Source of the DNA: Pseudomonadota bacterium
GTDB taxonomy: Archaea; Thermoplasmatota; SW-10-69-26; JACQPN01; JAJPHT01
Direction of reading: 5' to 3'
DNA length: 64,000 bases
Assembly: GCA_021325135.1 (NCBI GenBank)
Contig: JAJPHT010000020.1
Coordinates: forward strand, 23,377-87,376
Below the pieces are notes generated by a model. That model searched no databases, was not told the origin of the DNA, and saw only the letters and a list, made by a program, of their open reading frames with translations. Positions 15,692 to 23,821 of this stretch are shown in pieces. Within the stretch, counting starts at the first letter, position 1. Every line of letters begins with the position of its first letter. A program made the position numbers and the translations under genes.

Positions 15692-15705
15692 GAAACCCTC
15701 AAGGG
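15692..15705 (+). promoter_or_regulatory. promoter-like motif GAAACCCTCAAGGG upstream of the hydroxylase gene
   Basis: First base is 35 nt upstream of the in-frame GTG at 15727. Confidence 0.4.
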
Positions 15706-15726
15706 GGCGCACGCCGAGGCGGGGCG

Positions 15727-16377
15727 GTGCCCGAGCGCCGTCGCGCGACGCGCAGCGTCCTCCCGTGGCTCACGCACCGGAGGATGATCCCCAAGTGGGT
15801 GGCGCTCGTGGCGGCGGCCGCGCTGGCCTTCGCGCGCGGCCCCGCGCCCCACGCGGGCTGGCTCCTCCTCGCGGGGCTCCTGGCGTTCTTCCCCAGCGAG
15901 TACCTCGTCCACCGCGGCGTGTTCCACTTCTTCGCCGACAAGAGGGCGGGCGCCGTCGTCTCGCGCCAGCACGTCGAGCACCACCGGAGGCCCGACGACC
16001 TGGACTTCCTCTTCAACAACCCGCTCATCAGCGTGGGCGTGGGCGTCCTCTACTTCCTCGTCGCGCTGGCGGTCTCGCGCAGCGTGGCGGCCGCGGCGGC
16101 GTTCTCCCTGGGCAACTTCGCGGGGCTCCTCTACTACGAGCACGTCCACTTCACCGCGCACCGCCCCGGGAGCCGGCCGTGGACGCCGTGGAGCCGCCGC
16201 ATGAAGCGGTTCCACCTCTGGCACCACTACAAGCACGAGCGGCTCTGGTTCGGCGTCACCTCGCCCCTCTTCGACCGCGCGTTCGGCTCCGACGCGGACC
16301 CCTCCCAGGTGCCCCCCAGCGCCACCGTGCGCACCCTGGTCCCCACCGCCGAACAGCAAGAATGGATGCGACGTTGA
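15727..16377 (+). CDS. fatty acid hydroxylase / sterol desaturase family membrane protein
   Basis: Histidine boxes HVEHH, HxxxH (EHVHFTAH) and HLWHHYKH. GTG 15727 chosen because the promoter-like motif lies 35 nt upstream; alternative ATG at 15784. Confidence 0.65.
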   Translation: MPERRRATRSVLPWLTHRRMIPKWVALVAAAALAFARGPAPHAGWLLLAGLLAFFPSEYLVHRGVFHFFADKRAGAVVSRQHVEHHRRPDDLDFLFNNPLISVGVGVLYFLVALAVSRSVAAAAAFSLGNFAGLLYYEHVHFTAHRPGSRPWTPWSRRMKRFHLWHHYKHERLWFGVTSPLFDRAFGSDADPSQVPPSATVRTLVPTAEQQEWMRR

Positions 16378-16660
16378 GGCGTGCCACGCGCCAGCGCACA
16401 GTTTATCCATTCCATCGCCTTGTGGGGGCTGCGCGAGGCGCGCCAGCGCGCCCGAAAACCCTCGTTTCCGCTGGACCATCGGCACCCGCGCCATCACCTG
16501 GATTTCCACTGGAGCCGGCTCCCGTTTGTCGCCGGAATCCACACCAGACTTGGGTTTGGGCGCGGCTCCGCTCTCCATCTGAAGCGTGGGGGTTGCTCCA
16601 GCCGGCCCGCGGCAGGCCGGTCGGCGCACGTTCAAATCCCCCTCCCGCGCAGCCGGGCGC

Positions 16661-17746
16661 ATGAAGCTCTGGCCCCTGGTCGTGGGCGCCGTGCTCTTCG
16701 TCGCGGGCGTCCAGGCCTGGAGCGCGGCGGCCCTCCTGCGCGACCGCGCCGAGGAGACCTCCCTGGCCACGCAGCTTGCCGCGGAGCGGGCGCGCTCCCA
16801 CGCGCTGGCGACGGAGGCGGACCGCGCGGACGCGCAGCTCCAGGCGGCTCGCGCCGAGGCGGGCGCCCTCTCGGGCGCGCTGGCGGGGAACCAGAGCCGC
16901 GCGGCGTCGCTCTCCACCGATCTCGCTGCGCTGGGGCGCGAGCGCGACGCGGCCCTTGCCCAGGTGAACGCGACCGAGGCGGAGCTGGCCGACGCCAAGG
17001 GCGGCATCTTCGACCGGCAGCAGCTCCTGGGCGAGCTTCAGGCGCAGCGGGCGGACTACGCGGCCCTCGACGCGCGATATCAATCGGCGCTCGATGGCGC
17101 GTTCCCGACGCTGGCGAGCATCCAGGCGGGGAACGTGACGTGGCGCTTCGTGGACGCCGAGGGCGTCGCGCATGCGTGGCGCTACCCCCTGGAGGACTAC
17201 CAGGCCTACGCGCAGCGGGCGCGGCCCGACGCGGTGGTCGCCATGCGCACGGCGGACGGGACGATCCTCACGGCGGCGGACCCGCGCCCCTACGTCACGC
17301 CCTCGTTCTTCGCCTCCGACATCGGGGACCTCACCCGGGGGAAGACCGACCGGGAGTTCGTGCGCGACGCGTTCGCGGTGAAGGGCCAGCTGGTGGTCTA
17401 CGGCTTCGCGCTGGCGGACCAGGAGGGGCACGCGTACAAGTATCCCGCCGAGACGCTGACCGAGGGGTCGGGCCTCTGCGGCGACACCACCATCCTCCTG
17501 GCGAGCCTGCTCCTGGCGGGCGAGGCGCAGGCCCACTACGGGCTCAGGCTCAAGGTGTGGATCGTGGACGTGGACCCCGAGCGCGCGGTCACGATCGCGG
17601 ACCCCGAGACGGTGAACCACGCGCTCCTGGAGGTGGACTTCCGCGACGGCGAGACGTGGGACCTGGAGACCACCACCGCGGGGCTCTACCGGTATCCGGA
17701 GGTCCACGGGTGGAGCTTCGACGTCGAGCCGCCCGCCGGGGCGTGA
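16661..17746 (+). CDS. membrane-anchored coiled-coil protein with C-terminal transglutaminase-like (Cys-His-Asp) domain
   Basis: MKLWPLVVGAVLFVAGV anchor, ~130-aa Ala/Gln/Arg-rich heptad-like segment, then GSGLCGDTTILLASLL ... HALLEV ... WDLETT, resembling a transglutaminase-like core. Confidence 0.6.
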   Translation: MKLWPLVVGAVLFVAGVQAWSAAALLRDRAEETSLATQLAAERARSHALATEADRADAQLQAARAEAGALSGALAGNQSRAASLSTDLAALGRERDAALAQVNATEAELADAKGGIFDRQQLLGELQAQRADYAALDARYQSALDGAFPTLASIQAGNVTWRFVDAEGVAHAWRYPLEDYQAYAQRARPDAVVAMRTADGTILTAADPRPYVTPSFFASDIGDLTRGKTDREFVRDAFAVKGQLVVYGFALADQEGHAYKYPAETLTEGSGLCGDTTILLASLLLAGEAQAHYGLRLKVWIVDVDPERAVTIADPETVNHALLEVDFRDGETWDLETTTAGLYRYPEVHGWSFDVEPPAGA

Positions 17747-17797
17747 CCGCCGGCAAAGGCACCAGGTCCATAAACCCGCGCGCCCTGCTCGAGAGGC

Positions 17798-18010
17798 ATG
17801 CCTCCCGGGAAGACCACGGAGAAGTCGTACACCATGAAGCACGCGCTGTCGGACGCGGCGGCCATGCTCAAGGAGCAGTTCGGGAAGGACCCCGACCAGC
17901 AGGCGACCGTCGCGCTGGCGACCTTCCTCTACACGGCGCACGAGCGCGAGGAGTTCCTCAAGAACCGCCCCGAGGCGGACGGCACGGCGTATGGCGCGCC
18001 CGTGCGTTGA
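17798..18010 (+). CDS. small hypothetical protein
   Basis: 70-aa ORF with host-like high GC3 and normal amino-acid composition. No recognisable domain. Confidence 0.4.
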   Translation: MPPGKTTEKSYTMKHALSDAAAMLKEQFGKDPDQQATVALATFLYTAHEREEFLKNRPEADGTAYGAPVR

Positions 18011-18013
18011 GCC

Positions 18014-18247
18014 TCACAGCGGGGGGCCGATGAACTCCACGCAGTGCTCGTAGCCCGCGACGCCGAAGACGGTCGCGCAGAAGTCGTTGACGTTGCCGTA
18101 GTCCAGCGTCGCGCACTCGTAGGGCATGGGGTTGATGAACGCCAGGTAGCGGGTGGGCGTGCAGGCCGTCTTGGTGACGCGGGCCGACGCGGCGGGGATC
18201 GCCAGGAGGGCGACGAGCAGGAGGCTGAGCAGGAGGGTGCGTCGCAT
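18014..18247 (-). CDS. small secreted 4-Cys protein (hypothetical)
   Basis: 77 aa with MRRTLLLSLLLVALLAIPAASA signal peptide. Has 4 Cys, the last three spaced 11 residues apart. Resembles the 8221..8451 product. Confidence 0.5.
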   Translation of the reverse strand: MRRTLLLSLLLVALLAIPAASARVTKTACTPTRYLAFINPMPYECATLDYGNVNDFCATVFGVAGYEHCVEFIGPPL

Positions 18248-18351
18248 GGGGACCGCGCCTGCGACCGGCGCGGAAGGGGAAGGCCCTTTCGCGGGCGCAC
18301 CCGGGGGGACACGAGGGAAAGCCCTAAGCCGGCGGCCGGGCTCGCGGGCGC

Positions 18352-19245
18352 GTGGAGCGCCCCTCCCGCGCGCGGACGATCCTCGAGTTCGTGAAGATCG
18401 AGCACGCCCTCTTCGCGCTCCCCTTCGTGCTCGCGGGCATGATCGAGGGGTTCCGCGAGCGCGGCGTCCCGCTGCGCCCCACCGCGGAGGGCGCGCGCCT
18501 CCTGCTCCTCGTCCTCGTGGCGGCCGTCTCCGCGCGGACGCTGGCCATGACGCTCAACCGCATCGTGGACCGCGGCCTCGACGCGCGCAACCCGCGCACC
18601 GCAGGCCGCGCCATCCCCGCGGGCCTCCTCTCCACGCGCGCCGCGTGGGCGCTGGCCGCGGTCTCGCTCGTCCTCCTCGTCGCGGCCTCGGCGCTCCTCA
18701 ACCCCCTGGTGCTGGCGCTGACGCCCGTCCTCGCGCTCCTCTTCTTCGCCTACCCCTACGCGAAGCGCGTCACCTGGGCGTGCCACTTCGTGCTGGGCCT
18801 CGCCTTCCTCTGCGCGCCCGCGGGCGGCTTCCTGGCGGTGACGGGCTCCTTCGCGGGCTGGACGCGCGTGCTGCCCCTGTCGCTGGCGGCCATGGCGTGG
18901 GTGTCCGGCTTTGATATCATCTACGCCCTGCTGGACCTCCCCTTCGACCGCGCGAACGAGGTCAGGAGCGTGCCCGCCGTCTTCGGCGAGGGCCCCGCGC
19001 GGCGCGTGGCGGTGGGGCTCCACGTGCTCACCGTGCTCCTCCTCGCCATCTACGCCCGCCTCGCGGGCTTGGGCTGGCCCATGTACCTCGCCGTCGTCGC
19101 CATCGCGGCGCTCCTCGCCTACGAGCACGCGACCGTCGACCCCAGCGACCCGGTGGCCATCAACAAGGCGTTCTTCCAGGTCAACGCCGTCGTGGGCTGG
19201 GTCGCGCTGGCGGGCGTCGCCGCCGCCCTCTGGCTCGCCGCGTGA
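18352..19245 (+). CDS. UbiA-family aromatic prenyltransferase (MqnP / 4-hydroxybenzoate polyprenyltransferase-like)
   Basis: FVKIEHALFALPF..., NRIVDRGLDARNPRTAGRAIP (Asp-rich motif 1), DIIYALLD (motif 2), and about 8 TM segments. Confidence 0.8.
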   Translation: MERPSRARTILEFVKIEHALFALPFVLAGMIEGFRERGVPLRPTAEGARLLLLVLVAAVSARTLAMTLNRIVDRGLDARNPRTAGRAIPAGLLSTRAAWALAAVSLVLLVAASALLNPLVLALTPVLALLFFAYPYAKRVTWACHFVLGLAFLCAPAGGFLAVTGSFAGWTRVLPLSLAAMAWVSGFDIIYALLDLPFDRANEVRSVPAVFGEGPARRVAVGLHVLTVLLLAIYARLAGLGWPMYLAVVAIAALLAYEHATVDPSDPVAINKAFFQVNAVVGWVALAGVAAALWLAA

Positions 19246-19307
19246 CGCATACGCTCTCGGGACAAACCGCATCTCCGCCCGCGGAGGGTCCCCCGCGGGA
19301 TTCGGGC

Positions 19308-19829
19308 ATGCGCACGCCTTGGCTTCTCCTTGCGCTCCTCGCCTTCGCCGGCGCGGCGCAGGGATCGGACGCGATCGGCTACCAGAGCGGGACCAACCAG
19401 TGCGCGATCCTCGCCTACGAGGCCATAACACCACCGTCCCTTTGCCCCCACGTCGACCAGTCGGGCACGGCCACGCTGCTGGGCTGCGCGGGCGACCGCT
19501 GCACGGTGCGCGTCGACGCCAGCGCCCTCGCCCTGGGCGTCCTCCCCGCGGCGCAACGCGCGCTGGCGGTGGAGGCGCAGATCGCGGACGCCTCGGAGCC
19601 CGCGGCCCCTGCGTGCAGCGTGCTCAGCGAGGGCCCCAACGTCGCGTGCGACGGCGCGGCGGACCTCGACCTCCCGGTGGCGGCCGGCGCGTGCACCCTC
19701 TTCCGCGTGCGCGCCGCCCTCTCGGACCTGGGCGCTGACGGCGTGACCTTCGTCTACCGCCTCGCCACCGAGCGCGAACTTCAGGTGTGCCGCGACCTCG
19801 GCGGCTCCGCGACGATCTCCCTGGGCTGA
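19308..19829 (+). CDS. secreted Cys-rich protein (hypothetical)
   Basis: MRTPWLLLALLAFAGAAQG signal peptide, 8 Cys, no recognisable domain. Confidence 0.5.
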   Translation: MRTPWLLLALLAFAGAAQGSDAIGYQSGTNQCAILAYEAITPPSLCPHVDQSGTATLLGCAGDRCTVRVDASALALGVLPAAQRALAVEAQIADASEPAAPACSVLSEGPNVACDGAADLDLPVAAGACTLFRVRAALSDLGADGVTFVYRLATERELQVCRDLGGSATISLG

Positions 19830-19832
19830 GCC

Positions 19833-21224
19833 CTACGAGAGGCGCGGCGCCGCGGCCATGAGCCCCACGCCCTGCTTGAGCACGGCCACGTTGGTCTCGC
19901 TGTTGCGCGTCGCCGGGTCGGTCGCGCACTTGTGGTTGCAGCCGTCGGTGTACGCGACGTACACTCGCCCCTGGCCGTCGCGCTGCATGTCGAAGAAGTC
20001 CAGCAGGTTGCGGTCGGGCGTGCCGTCGTCGCCGCCGTTGTGGACGCGCCCGATGGAGACGGGGTTGTCGTCGGGCGTCAGCTGCTGCGTGACCATCGTC
20101 GCGTTCGCGCCGGAGAGGAGGCCGGTGGTCCACGTGACGTAGAGGTGCCAGCGCGCGTCCTTCGCGGCGTCGTCGGAGTTGGGCGACTTCCACGAGGAGG
20201 TGTCCGCCGTGGTTCCATAGTAGCCGAACATGACGCGGCCCGGGTCGCCCGCGATGGAGACGGCCATCATGCTGGACTTGACCTCGGGGGGAGAGACCTT
20301 GATGGCGGGGCCCCACGTCTTGCCCTTGTCCGTGGAGACGCTGGCGTACATGTGCGCGTCCTTGCCGGGCCAGACGAGGTACGCGTTGCCTGCGGTGTCG
20401 ATGGCGATGCTGGGATCGTCGCCGGGCGTGGAGCGGCCCACGCCTCCGGTCTCGATGACGTGCTGCTCCCACGTCATGCCCGAGTCGCGGGAGACGGCCA
20501 CGACGGGCTGGTCGCAGCCGGCCGCGGGCAGGTAGAGGATGCCGTCCTTGTCGGACTTGAGGTGGCCGTTGAGGCCGCCGCAGTGCGCCTGGTCGATGGC
20601 GATGACGCCGCCCGCGAAGGTGAGGCCGCCGTCCAGCGAGCGCGCGATGCCGCTGAACGCCGCGCCGTTCCAGCCGTAGTAGACCACGTCGGGGTAGCCC
20701 ACGGTCACCGTCGTCGCGCCCTGGGGCTTGCCGGTGCCCACGGTCTGGTGGTCGTCCGCGGGGATGCCGCACGCGGCGGGGTTGTAGAGCCACGTCGCGC
20801 CCTCGTCGTCGCTGAACGCCAGGTAGCTGCACGCGACGTAGAGGTGGTCGAGGAAGACGCGCCCCGTGTCCTGGTCGACCCACAGCATGGGGTCCAGCGT
20901 GCGCGGGAAGTTCGCGGGGGGCGACGCCAGCGTCCACGAGCTGCCGTTGTCGGTGGAGCGGAACACGTCGTTGGACGACACGACGAAGATCGTCCCCTTG
21001 CCCGTGACGCCCAGCGTGGGCTCGGCGCCCGAGTGCTTCACGTCGCTGAGGAGCCACGTCGCGTTGGCGCCCTCCGGGAGGGGCACCGCCTTGCCGGTCC
21101 CGTCGTAGGCGTAGAGCCCGTGCGTGGCGGGGGGCTGCACGACGGCGCCCGGCACCGAAGGGGGCACGGACTGGAAGCAGCCCGCCAGGAGGAGGGCGAC
21201 GAGGAGGAGCAGCGAGGCGCGCAC
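19833..21224 (-). CDS. BNR/sialidase-like beta-propeller lipoprotein (paralog)
   Basis: GTG start gives (M)RASLLLLVALLLAGC lipobox. BNR motifs STDNGSSW, SDDEGATW, SRDSGMTW, STDKGKTW. Alignable by eye to the 6575..8164 product. Confidence 0.75.
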   Translation of the reverse strand: MRASLLLLVALLLAGCFQSVPPSVPGAVVQPPATHGLYAYDGTGKAVPLPEGANATWLLSDVKHSGAEPTLGVTGKGTIFVVSSNDVFRSTDNGSSWTLASPPANFPRTLDPMLWVDQDTGRVFLDHLYVACSYLAFSDDEGATWLYNPAACGIPADDHQTVGTGKPQGATTVTVGYPDVVYYGWNGAAFSGIARSLDGGLTFAGGVIAIDQAHCGGLNGHLKSDKDGILYLPAAGCDQPVVAVSRDSGMTWEQHVIETGGVGRSTPGDDPSIAIDTAGNAYLVWPGKDAHMYASVSTDKGKTWGPAIKVSPPEVKSSMMAVSIAGDPGRVMFGYYGTTADTSSWKSPNSDDAAKDARWHLYVTWTTGLLSGANATMVTQQLTPDDNPVSIGRVHNGGDDGTPDRNLLDFFDMQRDGQGRVYVAYTDGCNHKCATDPATRNSETNVAVLKQGVGLMAAAPRLS

Positions 21225-21245
21225 GCACGGTCACGGCCAGCGGGG

Positions 21246-21259
21246 GCATTTCACGTTTG
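21246..21259 (-). promoter_or_regulatory. promoter-like motif CAAACGTGAAATGC upstream of the BNR paralog
   Basis: First base is 35 nt upstream of GTG 21224 (minus strand). Confidence 0.4.
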
Positions 21260-21338
21260 CGGAGGCAACGCTGCGCTTGCCTGCGTCAAGACGCCTCTGA
21301 CTCGGCTTGAGCACCCCCCTTGGCCTTCTCCTGGCCGC

Positions 21339-23078
21339 ATGACGCGCACCATCCTCGCGCTCCTGACCACCTCGATCCTGCTCGCGGCCCTGGCGCCCTT
21401 GTCCCAGTCGGCCGCGCTCCCAGCCCTCGACGACGCCGGAAGGTTCGTGCTCCCCGAGGGGGCCACGCTGCGCCTCCACGCGGACACGAAGATCGTCGCC
21501 CCCCAGGGGATCCGCATCGACGGCACGATCCTGGGCGAGCGCACGCTGGACGGGCGCGGCGCGAGCCTCGTGCTGGAGACGCCCGGCGACGTCACCCTGC
21601 GCGGCAGCATCGTGCTGGCCGACGGGGCGGACGGCGTGGCCGGCCAGCGCGGCGGCGACGGGGGCGGCCTGGTGGTCGTCTCCCGCAGCGTCCGCCTTGA
21701 GCCTGGCTCCCTCGTCGCCCTGGGCGCGGGGGGGCACGGCGGCGACGTCCGGACCGAAGACCCCCTCTCCGTGGCGCGCGGCGGCGACGGCGGCCGCGGC
21801 GGCCCCCTCGTCCTGCAGGCGACCGAGGCCTTCCTGGATGGGATGGTCCTCCTGGGCAGGGGCGGCGACGGCGGCAGGGCGGACGCGGTCCTCGCGGCCG
21901 TGGGCGGCTCGGGCGGGCCCTCCTCGGTGCTGGTCGCGCCGCGCGGCCACACCGCGATCGCGGGGGGCGCCTGCGCCGACGAGACGTGCCTCGGCCTCTC
22001 CACGCTCCTGGCCTGCGGCGCCGACGCGGATTGCGCAGGCCGCGAGGTCTGCCTCCCCTCCTGCGAAGGGCTCTCGATCCCGTGCCTCCAGGTCGCGTGC
22101 GCGGCGCCCCTGGACGCCCGGCCCTCCGTCCACGCGCCCCTGCCTGGCCAGCCCGCGAGCCCGGCCATCGTCGCGACGTGCGGCGGGAACGGCGCCGGGG
22201 CCACCACGTCCGCGGCCCCGAGCCCCAGCGGCCTCCCCGGCTCCAACGGCGCGGCTCCGGGCGACCCGGGGACCTCGGGCACCGGAGGCTTCCCGGGCAT
22301 CAGCACCACGGCGACGGGAGGCGACGGCGGGCCCGGCCTCCTCTGCGGCGGCACGGGCGGGAGCGCCACCGCCTTCGGAGGCACCGGAGGCAACGGCGGC
22401 AACGGAGGCAACGGCGGATCCGACCCGTCCCTCCCTGGCGGCAAGGGCGGGGGCGGCGGCCCCGGAGGCGTGGGCGGCAACGGCGGCGCGACCGGGGGCG
22501 CCGGCGGAGCCGCGACGCTGGGCACGGGCGGTGCGGGCGGCGACGCCTCGGGCATCGGAGGCAACGGCGGCTGCGGAGGGAACGGAGGCAACGGCGGCTC
22601 CGTGGGCGGCTCGGGCGGCGATGGAGGCCTCGGCGGCGCGGCCGGCGCTGGCGTCGCCACGGGAGGGGTCGGGGGCACCAGCGTGGTCGGCCTCGGAGGG
22701 AACGCGGGCAAGGCCAATGCCTTCGGCGGCTACGGAGGCTGCGGGGGGAGCGGCGGCAACGGCGACTTCTTCGGCGGCGCCGGCGGCAGCGGCGGCGACG
22801 GCGGCGTGGGGGGAGGAGCCGGGGCCTTCGGTTCCGCGGGCGGCAGCGCCCTGGTGGGCGTCAGCGGCAACGGCGGCGACGCCACGAACCAGCCCGGAGG
22901 CGGCGGCGACGGTGGCTACGGCGGCTATGGAAGCCCCGACGGCTGTGGCGGGTCCGGCGGCGCGGGCGGCGCCGGCAGCTCCACCCCGGGCCTGCCGGGC
23001 GGCACGCTGCCAGGGAGCGCCGGCAACAGCAATGGGCCCACCACGGGCCCCTCCGGCTACGGCCCGTCGTGCTCGTGA
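21339..23078 (+). CDS. secreted beta-helix-like / Cys-rich / glycine-rich (PGRS-like) repeat protein
   Basis: MTRTILALLTTSILLAALAPLSQSAA signal. N-terminal GDGGG/GGHGG turns, a 10-Cys linker, then ~290 aa of GGxGGxGG repeats (GGNGGNGGNGG, GGAGGSGGDGG). Confidence 0.65.
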   Translation: MTRTILALLTTSILLAALAPLSQSAALPALDDAGRFVLPEGATLRLHADTKIVAPQGIRIDGTILGERTLDGRGASLVLETPGDVTLRGSIVLADGADGVAGQRGGDGGGLVVVSRSVRLEPGSLVALGAGGHGGDVRTEDPLSVARGGDGGRGGPLVLQATEAFLDGMVLLGRGGDGGRADAVLAAVGGSGGPSSVLVAPRGHTAIAGGACADETCLGLSTLLACGADADCAGREVCLPSCEGLSIPCLQVACAAPLDARPSVHAPLPGQPASPAIVATCGGNGAGATTSAAPSPSGLPGSNGAAPGDPGTSGTGGFPGISTTATGGDGGPGLLCGGTGGSATAFGGTGGNGGNGGNGGSDPSLPGGKGGGGGPGGVGGNGGATGGAGGAATLGTGGAGGDASGIGGNGGCGGNGGNGGSVGGSGGDGGLGGAAGAGVATGGVGGTSVVGLGGNAGKANAFGGYGGCGGSGGNGDFFGGAGGSGGDGGVGGGAGAFGSAGGSALVGVSGNGGDATNQPGGGGDGGYGGYGSPDGCGGSGGAGGAGSSTPGLPGGTLPGSAGNSNGPTTGPSGYGPSCS

Positions 23079-23133
23079 GGGCTCCTTGCCGCCGCCCCTC
23101 GCTGTTTTCGCACCCTTCGCCGTTGGGGAAGGC

Positions 23134-23817
23134 ATGGCCGAAGCGGCGTCGCGCGCCGGGGAGGAGCCTGACGACCTGACCCGCGCGCTGGTGGCGGTGG
23201 GGAACCGCACGAGGCTGCGCATCCTGCACCGGCTCGCGCAGCCGGCGTTCGTCCCCGACCTGGCGCGCGAGATGGGCCTCACGCGCCAGGCGGTGGCGCA
23301 TCACCTGGAGGAATTGATGGCCGTGGGCCTCGTGGAGGCGGAGCGCGGCGCGCGCCGGGGCATCCTGCCCGCCACGCGTTACGTCGCCAGCGCGTGCGGC
23401 CTCTTCGCGTTCAAGGAGAGCGTGCTGGGCCTCGCCGTGATGCCCAGCGCGAGGGCGGAGCCGCCGCTGCCCACCCGCCCCCTGGGCCCGGGCCGGGTGG
23501 GGAGCGCGTCGCGGGGCGCGGGGCTCCTCCTCGCCCACGGCGACGCGCCGGGACGGTGGTTCGACCTGCGCGCGGGGACGAGCTGGATCCTGGGGCGCGA
23601 CGCCAAGGCGGACGTGCGCCTCGCATACGATCCCTTCGTGAGCACGCGCCACGCCCACCTGCGCCGCGAGGGGGCGCGCTGGAGCCTCACCGACCTGCAC
23701 AGCACCAACGGCACGCTGGTGAACTTCGAGCCCCTGGACGCGGGCGAGGAGCGCGAGGTCGAGCCGGGCGACCTGCTCACGGTGGGAAGGAGCCGGCTTC
23801 TCCTGCGGAGCCCGTGA
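23134..23817 (+). CDS. ArsR-type winged-HTH plus FHA domain regulator
   Basis: N-terminal NRTRLRILHRLAQPAFVPDLAREMGLTRQAVAHHLEEL (ArsR-like wHTH). C-terminal WILGRD...VSTRHAHL...DLHSTNGTLVN (FHA). Confidence 0.75.
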   Translation: MAEAASRAGEEPDDLTRALVAVGNRTRLRILHRLAQPAFVPDLAREMGLTRQAVAHHLEELMAVGLVEAERGARRGILPATRYVASACGLFAFKESVLGLAVMPSARAEPPLPTRPLGPGRVGSASRGAGLLLAHGDAPGRWFDLRAGTSWILGRDAKADVRLAYDPFVSTRHAHLRREGARWSLTDLHSTNGTLVNFEPLDAGEEREVEPGDLLTVGRSRLLLRSP

Positions 23818-23821
23818 TAGC

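Noticed and set aside
16583-16655. tRNA-like signals: GTTCAAATCC (T-loop-like) followed by CCCTCCCGCGCA, plus a possible GCGTGGG/CCCGCGC acceptor pairing.
   Set aside because: No register gives a complementary T-stem, and no D-arm or anticodon arm can be drawn. The TTCAAATCC box sits about 29 nt upstream of the ATG at 16661 and matches the TATA-like boxes of other genes.
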